Source: Octopus vulgaris
Taxonomy: Eukaryota
Reading direction: 5' to 3'
Length of the DNA stretch: 64,000 nucleotides
Assembly (NCBI GenBank): GCA_951406725.2
Contig: OX597814.1
Coordinates: 189,410,001-189,474,000 of the forward strand
Part shown: in pieces, positions 42,937 to 56,828 of the stretch
Numbering within the stretch: the first letter of the stretch is position 1
Layout: every line of letters starts with the position of its first letter
The notes under the pieces: model-generated
What the model saw: only the letters and a program-made list of their open reading frames with translations
Told to the model about the DNA's origin: nothing
Databases searched by the model: none
Program-made: the position numbers and the translations under genes

Positions 42937-43306
42937 ATGCGCAGGTGTGGCTGTGTGGTAAGTAGCTTGCTTACCAACCACATGTTTCTGGTTTCAGTCC
43001 CACTGCGTGGCACCTTGGGTGAAATGTTTTCTAGTACAGCCTCGACCGACCAAAGCCTTGAGAGTGGATTTGGTAGACGGAATGTATATATATATGTGTG
43101 TGTCTGTTTTTGTTCCCCCAACATCGCTCAATAACCGATGGTGTTGTGTTTACATCCCCGTAACTTAGCAGTTCCGCAAAAGAGACCGATAGAATAAGGG
43201 CTAGGCTTACAAAGAATAAGTCCTGGGATCGATTTGTTCGACTAAAAGGCGGTGCTCCAGCATGGCCGTAGTCAAATGACTGAAACAAGTAAAAGATTAA
43301 AAGAGT
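42937..43306 (+). mobile_element. SINE family B, full length
   Basis: Family match. Confidence 0.92.
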
Positions 43307-43688
43307 ATATATATATATATACACATATATATATAATTTCTTGTTTTCATAATCAGTTATAATAAAAAAAAAGTTTTACATTAATCTGGAGGGCTACTGT
43401 ATATTGCAGTAGAGTACAAATTTATGTAAGATATATAAGCCATAACTATTAAAATTGTCGCGTACTTTCATCAGCGAATACTTCCAGATGTGCGTTTATA
43501 TCTATACAGACACATACGCACTCACACACGTCTGGAAGCGTCTGCTGCTGAAAGTACGCAATAGTTTTAATAGTTCACTGGTGTTTCAAGTTTCGCTTCC
43601 TGTCGCTTATTCAACCATGCTGCATAACAATGCTGATGCCATATTTGAAGTACCCAATATATACGCGTATATATTTACGTATGTATGT

Positions 43689-43722
<34 letters not shown>

Positions 43723-43749
43723 TTGTGTGTATGCATATATATGTGTGTA

Positions 43750-43789
<40 letters not shown>

Positions 43790-43902
43790 TAGATAGATAG
43801 ATAGATAGATAGACAGATAGATAGACACACACACACAAACACTCACATATATATTTGTGTGTATGTATATATATGAGTGTATGTACATATATATATGCAC
43901 AC

Positions 43903-44043
<141 letters not shown>

Positions 44044-44269
44044 CGGGTAGATTAAACGAATAAAACAAAACTTGCAAAGTTTTTTTTTTATATATAAGAA
44101 TTCCATGTGTTAATAATTATAAAGAAACGCGAGAAAGAATGAACGCGAACGAAGGATGAAACGAATCATATGAATGAATTTAGGGGAAAAAAAACACTCA
44201 CTATAGCAAGATATGTAAAAATGAAAGTGAGGTATTGAAAATAAAAGGAAGGAAAATATCAGACATAGA

Positions 44270-44369
44270 AGCTACGAAGAGGAGAAAATAATTAGAAAGG
44301 AAAAAAAATTAAGAAAGAATGAGGAAAGCGAAAGTAGGAGGAAGGGAAGTGAATAAAAGAAAGGAATTA

Positions 44370-44425
<56 letters not shown>

Positions 44426-44520
44426 GAAAGGAACAAACAAAGACAGAAAGAAGGAAATACTCCAGAAAGGAAAATAGAATTAATGAATAAATAAAAAACA
44501 ATAGAATTAATACAAAACGC

Positions 44521-44556
<36 letters not shown>

Positions 44557-44588
44557 ACGGAAGGAAGAAGGAAAGCAATAGAGAAGGA

Positions 44589-44620
<32 letters not shown>

Positions 44621-45139
44621 AACGATATCAGGAAGATGGGGAATATGTGAGGTAAACATAAAAGAGAATGAAAGATGAAGAAGCAACGAAAGAAAGAAAT
44701 ATTGACAGACACAAGAAACAACGAATGAATTAATTAACGAATGGGTGAATGAAACGAAAAACAGAATTAATAAAAAAAAAACGGAGTAAAAAGAAATAAA
44801 TAAATGAAGTAAGACATAGGGATGAAAGGAGAAAAAGAGAGTTAAGGAAAAGAACGAAAGCAAGAAGGAAGGAAGGAGTGAAGAAAGAAAAATCGACATA
44901 CGCAAGAGAGAAAGAAAGAAAAAGATGGGTGAAGAATGAAAGAAATGATGGAAACAGGTAAACGAAATTAAAGAGAAATGAAAGAGAAAAGGAACATGAA
45001 AGAAAAATGTGAACGAGGAAAATTTGGTTGCAAGATGGAAAGGTTGAAAGATAAAAAGAAAGAAAGAAAGAAGGAAAGAAAGAAAGAAAAAAAGAAGGAA
45101 AGAAAGAAGGAAAGAAAGAAAGAAGGAAAGAAAGAAGGA

Positions 45140-45179
<40 letters not shown>

Positions 45180-45235
45180 AACTGAAGGGAAATTTGAAAT
45201 ATCAATTTCGAAAGAACAAGGATGGAAAAGGTGAG
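44270..45235. repeat. About 1 kb purine-rich tract with (GAAA)n and (GGAA)n blocks
   Basis: Read directly from the sequence. Confidence 0.9.
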
Positions 45236-45812
45236 TGAATGAATACGAGCTCTGGAAGCCTGTCTTTCAGACTGACTACTGATTAACATGGCCGACTAAT
45301 TACCACCTTTGACTGCTGCTACTGCTGCTGCTGCTTCTGCTGCTGCCGCTACAACGTACACACTCTCTACTGAATAGTTCTTTTAATAATATCTCTGAGG
45401 GTTTTGTATTTTGTGTGTGCGTGTGGGCTTTTTTAATAGGTATACTGATGGGTAGAGTAGTAAAATAGATGCGTATGCTGTTGTTGTCGATGTCTTTTTC
45501 TCCTTCTTCTTCTTCTTCTTCTTCTTCCAATCAGGACTCACGCCATTAGCCACAAAGAATAGTCTCTAATTCGAGCCTACTCTAAGCTACTAAGAATGCG
45601 TGTAGCAACTTGAAGATCCACCCACCACACGCGATAGACTGGCGGTTGCACGGGCGCGAAAGCTACGCTGTTATCCTCATTCCGTAAACGGTGGCTTTTT
45701 AACAGGTGGAGAGCTGAACCATCCTAGGGGTACAGCGGATTCACAATCTAGACTAGAGTCCGAAAGTTTACCACACCATAGTGGGACACCATGGTTCCTC
45801 TGCTTTGTGGAA

Positions 45813-46004
45813 GAAGTGGGAAGAAAGAGTGAGAGAAAATTGTGGTGAAAGAGTACAGCGGGATTCACCACCAGTTTCGCCAGAGCCTCTTGGAGCTTAG
45901 GTGTTTTTGATCAATAAACACTCACAATGCCCGGTCTGGGAATCGAAACAGCGTTCTTACGACCGCGAGTCTGCTGCCCTAACTACTGGGCCATTGCACC
46001 TTCA
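45813..46004 (-). mobile_element. SINE family D, head half
   Basis: Match to 33310-33490. Confidence 0.85.
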
Positions 46005-46574
46005 CTGATGTTGCTTTTAGTGGTTGTAGTGATGATAGCAGTTTTGTTGTTTAGCTTCAAGTAGGCCTTTGACAGAGAAGACCTTTAATATCAAAGGGGT
46101 TCCAATCTTGAGTAGCCTACATTTTTGTATGTCTAAAACCGCTTTGTTAAACTTCAAGTTACCACCCTAAATAACGACAGTAACGTTCGGTTTGATCGAA
46201 TTTTGGCGTTGTATTAGGGTCTGCATTGTTTTCCACTATTAATATGGAAGATAACGTGCAGTATCATAAAGTTTTAGCTGTTTGGTCGAGCAAAAAAAAG
46301 ATGGTAGCTGACAACAGCAGATGCAGCAATAACAGCAACAGGTCCTAAAGTTGAAACCGCTACCATTTTTTTCAAATCACACCCAATTGCAAATATGTAA
46401 ATGAACGGAGCGGAGAAAACTAACAGCTTCAAATGCAATGCCACTGGATATGATGTAACCCAGGTTACGTTATTCTATTACAGTAGGAGAGGGTTATATG
46501 AACGTTTGTGCTAACCGAGCAAAATCCAAAACCAAAGCAGCATCTCTTTTTCTAAATGATAATTTTTATAGGAA

Positions 46575-46986
46575 GGGATGTGTGATAAGTAGCTTGCTTA
46601 CCAACGACATGGTTCTGGGTTCTTCCCCACTGCGTAGCACCTTGGGCTAGTATCTTATACTATAGCCTCGGGCCGACCAAAGCCTTGTGAGTGAATTTGG
46701 TAGACGGAAACGGAAAGACCGTCGTATATATGTATATATATAGATGTATGTATGTGTGTGTATATGTTTGTGTGTCTGTGTTCGTCCCCTTAACATCGCT
46801 TGACAAACGATGCTGGTGTGTTTACGTCCCCGTAACTTAGCGGTTCCGCAAAAACACCGATAGAATAAGTACTCGGCTTGCAAAGAATAAGTTCTGGGGT
46901 CGATTTGCTCGACTAAAGGCGGTGCTCCAGCATAGCCGCAGTCAAATGACTGAAAGAAGTAAAAGTGTAAAAGAGTTTAAAGAGTT
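46575..46986 (+). mobile_element. SINE family B
   Basis: Family match. Confidence 0.92.
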
Positions 46987-48369
46987 ATACTACGTTGAAT
47001 ATGTATAAAAACTTTAATAATTTTGAGTATCTCGCACGTGTTGTAAAATATGCACTTTCTTTCGACAAGGTCCGTATTCTTGTACACATTTTGAAACATC
47101 AGTTGATTTCCGCTGTTCTCTAGTGAAACATCAATTGGTGATGTCCGCTACTTAATTGTTAAACATGATAAAAAGAATTATGAAGGATATTTGGATGACA
47201 TTTAAATAAGTCCCCACGTAGAATGTTCCTTTTTGACATATAGGTTTCAAGGTTTTGTTATTGTCATCGTCATCATCTTTGCTATTACCGCCATCATTGC
47301 TATCATTTGTCTTAATTCGCATCGTTTCCATTGCTCCTCCTTGTTATCATCGTTGCAGCTGTTGTCAATCGTTGTTATAATTGCAACCTTTCCATCGTTG
47401 ACATTGTCACAACAGCCGTCATCTTTGCTTTTGTTGTCATCGTTGTATTGGTTGACATAATTCACATTGTTTTCATAGATTTCATTGTTTCTTTTATTGT
47501 ATCGTTGTAATCATTGTCATCGTTGTCTTCGTTGACATTGCCGCAATCGTAGTCATCTTCGCTTTTGTTGTCATCGTTGTGAACATTGCCATTGTTAATG
47601 AAGAAAGAAAGTAGTGGTGAAACTTTGGCTGTCGGCAATTAACAAAAAAAATTGGTTATAAGCTTGGTTACAATTACACATAATTATTTCTATTATCTGT
47701 ACTTCTACATCTTTCCGTTAATGCAAATTTTTCACTTTTCTTCCGAAGCAAAAGGAAGTTTTCCTGACAATGATTTCTTGCAAATACTAATTTTAATACT
47801 TCACCGTGATTAACTACGTGGTAGATAAAATAGATATGCATTCATCGAGGAAAGAAAAAAATATCTGTTACAACCGCCGAGATTAATTGTTACGTCATGT
47901 TACTTCTCTCTCTAGATCTATACGACCTTTGCATTATTACATCTACCTTCTAATCTTGAATTCAGAATTAGTCAGAATTCGTCAATTCTTAATTCTTATT
48001 CGTGCTGATGCAGCTACAATAAATAATTCTTTCTATTTATAGGCGCAAAACCTGAAAATTCAGGAGGAGATAGTCGATCAACTTATTTTATTGACTCCTA
48101 AAGGATGAAAGGCAACGTTGCCCTCGGCAGAATTCGACGTCGGAACGTAAAGCTTGATGAAATGCCGCTTAGCATTTGATTTGGTGGGCTAATGATTCTG
48201 CCAGCTCACCTATTATTATAAATATTGGAAAGTAAATAGTGAGGAGACTACTGTATGTCTTAACTACCTGTAACAGTTTAGATAATTACGAAACTGTATA
48301 AAGTTGTTTAATACATACATACATACATACATACATACATACATACATACATACATTCCTCTTTAAAAT

Positions 48370-48751
48370 TTTATAAAATAAGGGTGGAAAATTGAATATT
48401 AATTTGATTAATATGAATTTAAAACCAGTCGTCTAGCATATTGAAAAATCTGAAGTTTCAGAAAAAATTATATTACATACATATAAGAGAAATGACCTGT
48501 AAGTGGACATCCATTATGCTAGAAGATCCGCTATGGTCTTACCACTAAGAAAGGAATGTTCTTACCACTAAGAAAGGAAGGTACAAAAATATAGATTAAT
48601 CTATATTTTGTATCTTTTCATTTGTCTTGCTCGTATACGTTCTTTGCGTTTGCTAAATTTTCTTGAAAACATTCCTTTCTTAGTGGTAAGACCATAGCGG
48701 ATCTTCTAGCATAATGGATATCCACTTTCAGGTCATCCCTCTTATATGTAT
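48370..48751. mobile_element. Fold-back element (arms about 48477-48560 and 48668-48751), same family as 63735-64000
   Basis: Near-perfect inverted arms of about 84 bp; left flank shared with the second copy. Confidence 0.75.
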
Positions 48752-48954
48752 ATATCACGTGATCACGTGACCATCAGATGTTGTTGCACATCGCTGGTCA
48801 CAATGCGTTCGCATTGTTTTAGCCTTCGAATGACGCCACCCCGCTGGCTAAGCGAGCAGGCCAATATGTATATATATATATATAATTCTCTGGTCGAACA
48901 AACTGACCTGTGCTATGAAGTGTATATAATGACATTTAGATGACTATAACGTCA

Positions 48955-48986
<32 letters not shown>

Positions 48987-49812
48987 AAGGAGGAGGAGGG
49001 TAACAACGAAGACAATACTTGTAATGGTTTGAAACGATAGCAAAGACCTCGACGATGAAAACGATGGAAATTATCTCAATAATGACGATGATAACCATAA
49101 TAACATTGAAACTATTGTTGATTTGTGCTTCTGCATGCATGCTTGTGTGTGTGCGCGCGCGCATGCGTGATGACCCCCTCCCTCATTCTGCTCACAATAT
49201 TTCGATATCCATAGTCAGGTGCTACTCAAAGTGTGCAACCCTCCTTCATAAGTATCTGCTTGTTAATCATAAATACAGAAAGATTATTCAACAGAAATAA
49301 TCTGAAATTTAGTTACAGCTGTAACGTGTATGAGGAAGCATCTTATAACTGATAAACCATTCAGAAATACCTACTCATCGCTATTCAGTCACTCATTCAC
49401 TCAGAGATACACGAGAGAATAACATATAAAACAGAAGTCAACTCCATCAAATTAAATTCCTGACGAGTACTTGACGAAGGAAACTTCAAAGTACGGTATT
49501 TTAACCATAAGTTCTCCATAAGACACATTGAAAAACGATATATTACGATATTGTCTAATTACATCTGATAATTGAAATAATGATTTCTAATGTAGCTACA
49601 AGCCCAGAAACTTTGAGAAAAGGGTTTTGTTGATACTAACGAGCCCAGTACTCCACCAACTGGGTTGAGCGACAAAAATGACCTATGCTGTGCATAAAGT
49701 TTCGTGAGAAATACTGTGAAGCATTTTTATCGACGCAGTAAAGATACTGTCTACTTGCAAAAGAAATAATGCGATTGTCTCCAATATCATGAGGTGAGAG
49801 GCTGAGAAAGCT

Positions 49813-49868
<56 letters not shown>

Positions 49869-49942
49869 TCTCTCTATGTGTATGTATACTGCTTAATTCC
49901 GGCAAATACCGGGATATTTTGATGATTTAAAAAAAAAATTAG

Positions 49943-50340
49943 ACTCTTTTACTTGTTTTAGTCATCTGACTGTGGCCATGCTGGAGCACCGCCTTTAGTC
50001 GAGCAAATCGACCCCAGTACTTATTCTTTGGAAGCCTAGTGCTTATTCTATCGGTCTCTTTTGCCGAACCGCTAAGTTACGGGGACGTAAACACACCACC
50101 ATCGGTTGTCATGCGATGTTGGGGGGACAAACACAGATACACAAACACACACACACATACACACACACACACATACATATATATACGACGGACCTCTTTC
50201 AGTTTCCGTCTACCAAATCCACTCACAAGGCTTTGGTCAGCCCGAGGCTATAGTAGAAAGCACTTGCCCAAGGTGCCACGCAATGGGAATGAACCCGGAA
50301 CCATGTGGTTGGTAGGCAAGCTACTTACCACATAGCCATT
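49943..50340 (-). mobile_element. SINE family B, full length
   Basis: Family match. Confidence 0.92.
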
Positions 50341-50487
50341 CAACAATAAAATCGAAATTTCTAACTGGTCTCCCAAAAAAATCTCTCTACAGTTTTGCCC
50401 TTGTTAGTCAGTGTTTGTTATAAGGAGGATATAATACAAAAACTTGTGTTTTGTAAGTTGTTTAATTTTAATATATTAACAACAATA

Positions 50488-50803
50488 GGACGGAGAGCTG
50501 GCAGAATCGTTAGCACGCCGGGCGAAAATGCGTAGCAGTATTTCGTCTCTCTTCATGTTCTGGGTTTAAAATCCGCCGACGTCGACTTAGCTTTTCATCA
50601 TTTCGTGGTCGATAAATTAAATACCAGTGAAACATGGTATTTATATATAGATATATATACGACGGGCGTCTTTCAGTTTCCGACTTCCAAATCCTCGCAC
50701 AAGGTTTAGTCGGCCCGAGGCTATAGTAGAAGACACTTGCCCAAGGTACCACGCAGTGGGACTGAACCCGGAACCATGTGATTGGGAAGCAAACTTATCA
50801 CAC
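50488..50803. mobile_element. SINE family A head/core (+) followed by family B head half (-)
   Basis: Family matches at 50488-50635 and 50658-50803. Confidence 0.82.
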
Positions 50804-51028
50804 AGATGCACCTATATATATATACACACACACATAAGTTTCTATGATGTGTTCTTCATGGACCTTGAGGGCCACCTACTGAATACAATGAATAGACGTA
50901 CGGCCAAATGTGATCCAACAGTAACTATCCTTTATTGCTTTTCGTTTTATTATTATTACTATTTTTTCTAGACACAATATTTGTAAGACAACTTTATTTA
51001 ATGTAACCTTCATTATCACACAGATGCA

Positions 51029-51082
<54 letters not shown>

Positions 51083-51260
51083 AGTTTCCATGGTGTGTTC
51101 TTCATGGACCTTGAGGGCCACCTTCTGAATACAATGAATAGATGTACGGCCAAACGTGATCCAACTGTAGCTATCCTTTATTGCTTTTCGTTTTATTATT
51201 ATTACTATTTTTTTCTAGACACAATATTTGTAAGACAACTTTATTTAATGTAGCCTTCAT
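50795..51260 (+). repeat. Direct tandem duplication with units of about 218 and 248 bp
   Basis: Units 50795-51012 and 51013-51260 differ by a few substitutions and by (TA)n length. Confidence 0.92.
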
Positions 51261-51797
51261 CTTTAAGGCGCAAGGTGTGAAATGAGTGAGGTCTCATTGA
51301 TGTATCTAGCAGGTCAAGCAACTACGTAGAGGCTCCTGCGTTCATTGGTGTGTAGTGCAGTGTCGGAAGGGATTGCTGTCATTGGTCAAGTCTATGTTAA
51401 ATTAGTACTCAGCACTGAATATTAATCCAATATTCCAATGTGTTCATATAGACTTTGATTTGTTCGTTGTGTAGGGTTTCGGTACTTTCATCTGTTACTG
51501 CCGGAGGGTATGAACATGCGAGATCAATGAGGATGGAAAGGGGTGGAGATGGGGAGAAAGGTGAATTAAGAAAAGGAAAAGGAAGATGGTGATGATGATG
51601 ATGATGATGATGATGTCGACGACGAAGACGACGACGACGACAATGAGGATCATTCATGACAATTTATCAGTTCGTGTTCTTAATTTTGCTGATGACAAAG
51701 ACGATGATATTGTTACTGCTGATGATGATGCGGTTTGTGATGATCATGATGATGATGATTGTGGTTTGTGATGATGATGATGATGATGATGATCATA

Positions 51798-51830
<33 letters not shown>

Positions 51831-51929
51831 GTGGTTTGTGGTGAGGATGAAGAGGACGGTGATGATAATTAGCAGAAGAGATAGATGGAAGGCAACAACA
51901 ACACTAATGGATGTGTTGACGCTTTATAT

Positions 51930-52149
51930 TATACTTTTACTTGTTTCAGTTATTTGACTATGGCCATGCTGGAGCACCGCCTTTTAGTCGAGCAAATCGA
52001 CCCCCAGGACTTATTCTTTGTAAGCCTAGTACTTATTCTATCGGTCTCTTTTGCCGAACCGCTAGGTTTACGGAAACGTAAACACACCAGCATCGGTTGT
52101 CAAGCGATGTTGGGGGTGGGGGTAGGGGCAAACACAGACACGTAAACAT

Positions 52150-52194
<45 letters not shown>

Positions 52195-52367
52195 CATATA
52201 TACGACGACCTTCTTTCAGTTTTTGTTTACCAAATACACTTAAAAGGCCTTGGTCGGCCCGAGGCTATAGTAGACGACACTTGCCGAAGGTGCCACACAG
52301 TGGGACTGAACCCGGAACCATGTGGTTCGTAAGCAACCTACTTACCACACAGCCACTCATACGCCTA
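51930..52367 (-). mobile_element. SINE family B, full length
   Basis: Family match. Confidence 0.92.
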
Positions 52368-52959
52368 TAAAAAGAATTAACGCTGCGAAGAAGATATTGT
52401 ACATTTTATTTGTAATACTATTTATTGTTTGTTACAAAGGACGCAGAATGGGCTGGCGTCTTTATGGTTAAGAAATTCGGATCTTAATCACGTAGTTCAA
52501 TGCTCATCCTCCTGCGTGACACTTTAGGCTGGTGACATGTATCAACGTAACCAAGAGTTGAAGATATTTGCCAGACAGAAACTCCCGTCGTCTTTGAGTT
52601 TGTGTTCGTGTGTGTGTGTGTGTGTTTGTGTGTGTGCGTGTAAGTGTGTGTGTGTGTAAGTGTGTGTGTGTGTGTGTGTGTGTGTGAGTGTGTGTGGGTG
52701 AGACGGCGAAAAGCCCCAACACTATAATTTACAAATACATACATGTGTGTGTGTCTGTGTGTATGTAAGAGTGCTGAGGTTATTCGCTGCAGCTACTCTG
52801 AGTTTGTTTGCAGAGATGTTTCGAAGATCATACAACTTAAGACTGTACTTCAAAGCACAGCATATAAGATAAATTTTCTTGATATGAGCATCAATTATAA
52901 CACAAATTCGCCATTTTAAAATTTTATCTTTACAAAATATCATTTAGAAAAACTATCAT

Positions 52960-54001
52960 AATGGTTTCAAATTTTGGCACAAATCTAGCAAATACATTGA
53001 GTTCAATGCTCAACAGGTTCTTATTTCAAGAACTTCAAAAGAATAGATGGCAAAGAAGACCTCGGTGGAATTTAAACTCATGACATAAAAAATGTCGGTA
53101 AACATTTTACCCCTGCATGTTAACAATTCTTATTTCTTTATTGCACACAAGGGGCTAAACACAGAGATGACAAACAAGGACAGTCTAACGGATTAAGTCG
53201 ATTACATTGACCCCAGTGCGTAACTGGTACTTTATTTATCGACCCCGAAAGGATGAAAGGCAAAGTCAACCTCGGCAGAATTTGAACTCAGAACGTAACG
53301 GCAGAGGAAATACCTATTTCTTTACTAACAATTCTGCCAGCGCTTATAATGTCAAATTATTATATTTTATAAAATGTGGGTGCCTGTGTCTGTGGCCTCA
53401 ACAAAGTAGTACACACGTAAAATGAAAATAAAGATGTAAAAAGAAACTACTTGAGTTTGTGCTTCGTTGCTTTATCATCAAGTGATATACTTTTTGTATT
53501 TCATTATTGTTTTTTCTCTCGTTTTATTTTTAGTTGTTGGTGAAGTGACTTGTTAGTGCATGTAATATTTTTTTTAAACGTGTTGAAGTGTAGACTTGTA
53601 TATTATAATTTTTTCTACTCTACGCACAAGGCCGCAAATTTTGGTCGGCGGGAGCCAGTTGATTAGATCGACCCAGTACGCGACTGGAACTTAATTCATC
53701 AACCCCGAAAGGATGAAAGGCAAAGTCGACCTCGGCGGAATTTGAACTCAGAACGAAATACCTATTTCTATTTCTTTACTACTCACAAGGGACTAAACGC
53801 AGAGAGGACAAACAATGACAGTCAAACGAATTAAGTCGATTACATCGACCCCAGTGCGTAACTGGTACGTATTTAATCGACCCCGAAAGGATGAAAGGCA
53901 AAGTTAAACTCGGCGGAATTTGAACTCAGAACGTAGATGCAGACAAAATACCGCTAAGCATTGCGCCCGACGTGCTACCGCTTCTGCCAGCTCACCGCCT
54001 T
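52960..54001 (-). mobile_element. Cluster of SINE family A copies (52960-53345; dimer 53607-54001)
   Basis: Family matches. Confidence 0.85.
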
Positions 54002-54224
54002 CTGGCATATTATAATGTAGTGTTTTGGTAAGTATTCAAGCAGAATGTTTTAAGAATGCAAGCATTGCTGTTGTTGTTATTGTTGTTGTCTATTGTTTCA
54101 ATCTGTCCTGCTTTCAAATTTTGGCTCAAAGCCAGCAATTTCGGGGGAGAGGATGAGTCGATTACATCGAACCCAGTGCTCGACTGATACTTATTTTATC
54201 GACAACTACACACCATTTTTGGCA

Positions 54225-54579
54225 CTTGAGGCTTTGGGAACCAGACAAAAATTGCTGCAGCTCGGCTGGGATGTGTTACCCCAACCTCCATATTCACCAG
54301 ATATTGCTCCTTCGGATTTCCACTTATTCAGGTTTCTGCAGAATAGTCTTAATCGTAAAAATATCAATTCCTTGGATGATGTAAAGAGATACCTTGATGA
54401 ATTCTTTGCCATAAACCACCTCAATTCTGGGAAGGAGATATATTGAAGTTAAAGGAAAGATGGAGACGCATTATGCAACAAAATGGTTCATATTTGGTTG
54501 ATTAAAAATGTAATGGCAAGTATTAATTGACCGTTTCTTTCCTTTAAAAATCGGTATGAACTTTCCGGATAAACCAATA
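54225..54579 (+). mobile_element. Mariner element 3' remnant (transposase C-terminus and right TIR)
   Basis: TRQKLLQLGWDVLPQPPYSPDIAPSDFHLFRFLQNSL (YSPDLAPSD motif); ends TGAACTTTCCGGATAAACCAA followed by TA. Confidence 0.9.
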
Positions 54580-55018
54580 TATACTAGTTCAAATTTCACT
54601 GGGTTAAAATTTGCTTCTCATTTCCCCATCACCAGGGAATATATTGTACTTGATCTAACTGACACAAGTACGCACCTCCTTCCGAACTTATTGACTTATG
54701 TAGCAATGTTTGCAACATAGAGTTGGTGGATCAGAAGAATCGGTAGATTATCAGACAAAATATCATGCGGTATTTATTTGCATATATTTAAATTCTGAGC
54801 TGAAGTGGTACCAAAGTTGTCATTCATAACGCTCAATCTTTTCGGACTTTACGAACAAAACGACAGCCGAGTACAGGAGTTGGTTGAAACGCTTACCACC
54901 TCTACAAACACATATATACCTATTTACATACATACATACATGCGTGTATGTATGTATATGTGTATGCATACATACATACATACACACATACATACTTACA
55001 GACAGACTGACAGAAATA

Positions 55019-55345
55019 AGGAGCACTCCATCGTTTGCGACGACGAGGGTCCCAGCTGCTACGATCAATGGAACAGCTTGCTCGTGAAATTAACGTGTAA
55101 GTGGCTGAGCACTCCATAGACACGTGTACCCTTAACGTAGTTCTCGGGGAGATTCAGCGTGACACAGAGTGTGACAAGGCTGGCCCTTTGAAATACAGGT
55201 ACTACTCATTTTTGCCAGCTGAGTGGACTGGAGCAATGTGAAATAAAGTGTCTTCCTCAAGGACACAACGCACGGCCGGGAATTGAACTCACGACCTTAC
55301 GATCATGAACCGAATGCCCCTAGCCACTAAGCCACGCGCCTTCAC
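55019..55345 (-). mobile_element. Chimeric SINE: family C-type head plus family D-type tail
   Basis: Head matches 20149-20292; tail matches 33119-33302. Confidence 0.85.
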
Positions 55346-55976
55346 GACATACAGACATACCCTGTTGCTGATGCTGAAATTCCAATGAAGGACCCTTGGA
55401 TCTAGGTTAGAAACCGGTTCTTTTTCTATTGGCCAGAAATCTTGAAATAAAATTTAATAATAACATCCATACATACATATACAAATGTGATGTTTTATAT
55501 CTATGTTAGTTATGGCTTTATTTGTTATAGGACTCTTTCAACGTGGAAGCAGTTATATCGGCTGAAAATGTTATGACAACGGTTTTAAGCCGCAGCTTTG
55601 AGAAACACTTCTTTTGCAGGAGGTACCCCCAGTGACACTTTAAAGACAATTTCACATTTTGATTTTTTTTTTCACATATTTCAACAGATATTACTTTACA
55701 GAGCAGAAATCAAATGGTATTGCAGAAGCAGAAATTTTTTTTTTTTTTTTCCTTTTTGTTGGATTATAAATATCATTGAGGGAATGAGTATGAAATTTAA
55801 TTACGCAGTTAAAGGGGTTAATGAAATTTGAAGATCCTTTAAATTCCAGGTAAAATTCCTCAGGATATTTGTTCCAGCATTCTACGCTTTAAGTTCAGAC
55901 CACACCGACGTCAAACTCTCGTTTCAACATTGAGTGTTGACAAACCGAAAGCCAGCCCGATACTAGATTCCAGTTC

Positions 55977-56022
<46 letters not shown>

Positions 56023-56459
56023 TTATCCTTCTCTCTTTTCTTCACTCTCTTCCTCTCTCTCACACGCACAAACATAAACATACATACACATTGACACAAA
56101 CAAATACAGAATCAGCTACAAGAAAGGGCCAAAAAATCTACGTTCCCACCACAGTCTCATCAAATGCTCCTCCACAATTGTGAACAGAAAAGAAAGAAGC
56201 TATTTAATATGTTGATATGTTGCTTTAATACAGAACGTTTTGTCTTTCCGACTCACACAATGCAGAGATAGGAACTTTAGCAGACTGTTGAGAGTATTTG
56301 TCTGATGGTAAAATTATTTTCTTTTATCTGTCTGCACTGTTTTATCTTCTGTCTGTATGTGAGCCTGGCTTCTCTTTCATTATCAGTATCCCTCTCGCCA
56401 TCTTTCTCCACCCACCTCACTCTCTCTCCCTCCTCTCCCTGTATATATACCTGCGTCAT

Positions 56460-56508
<49 letters not shown>

Positions 56509-56679
56509 TTTTAAATATTTGTTGTGCAATATTTTTTATGTGAAGTCGTGTGTTGAAACAGATATTGTTGTATTTAGGAATGGTCATTTTGCCAGTTTAG
56601 CCAATAAAAACACACGCACTATATATTTGGTGTTACTTTGCTTCAGTGATATTTATTTTTAAAATGACCTTTCCTAAAT

Positions 56680-56733
<54 letters not shown>

Positions 56734-56828
56734 CGAGAAGTTGAGGTTATAAGAGATAATGGTGTCATTGAGACCAAAAGGTATCAGGTGATGCTGAATA
56801 AGTGCTATAGACAGACCATAGTTAAGTT

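Noticed and set aside
49454-49500. CTGACGA...GAAA-CTTCAAAG-TA hammerhead-like string
   Set aside because: Stem I and stem II do not pair convincingly; at best a decayed remnant
55375-55440. AATGAAGG...GAAACCGGTT hammerhead-like string
   Set aside because: The CUGANGA core is absent; better explained as a simple hairpin in a repeat 3' end
55560-55821. piggyBac-like end (...AAAGGGG|TTAA)
   Set aside because: No matching left TIR with TTAA found
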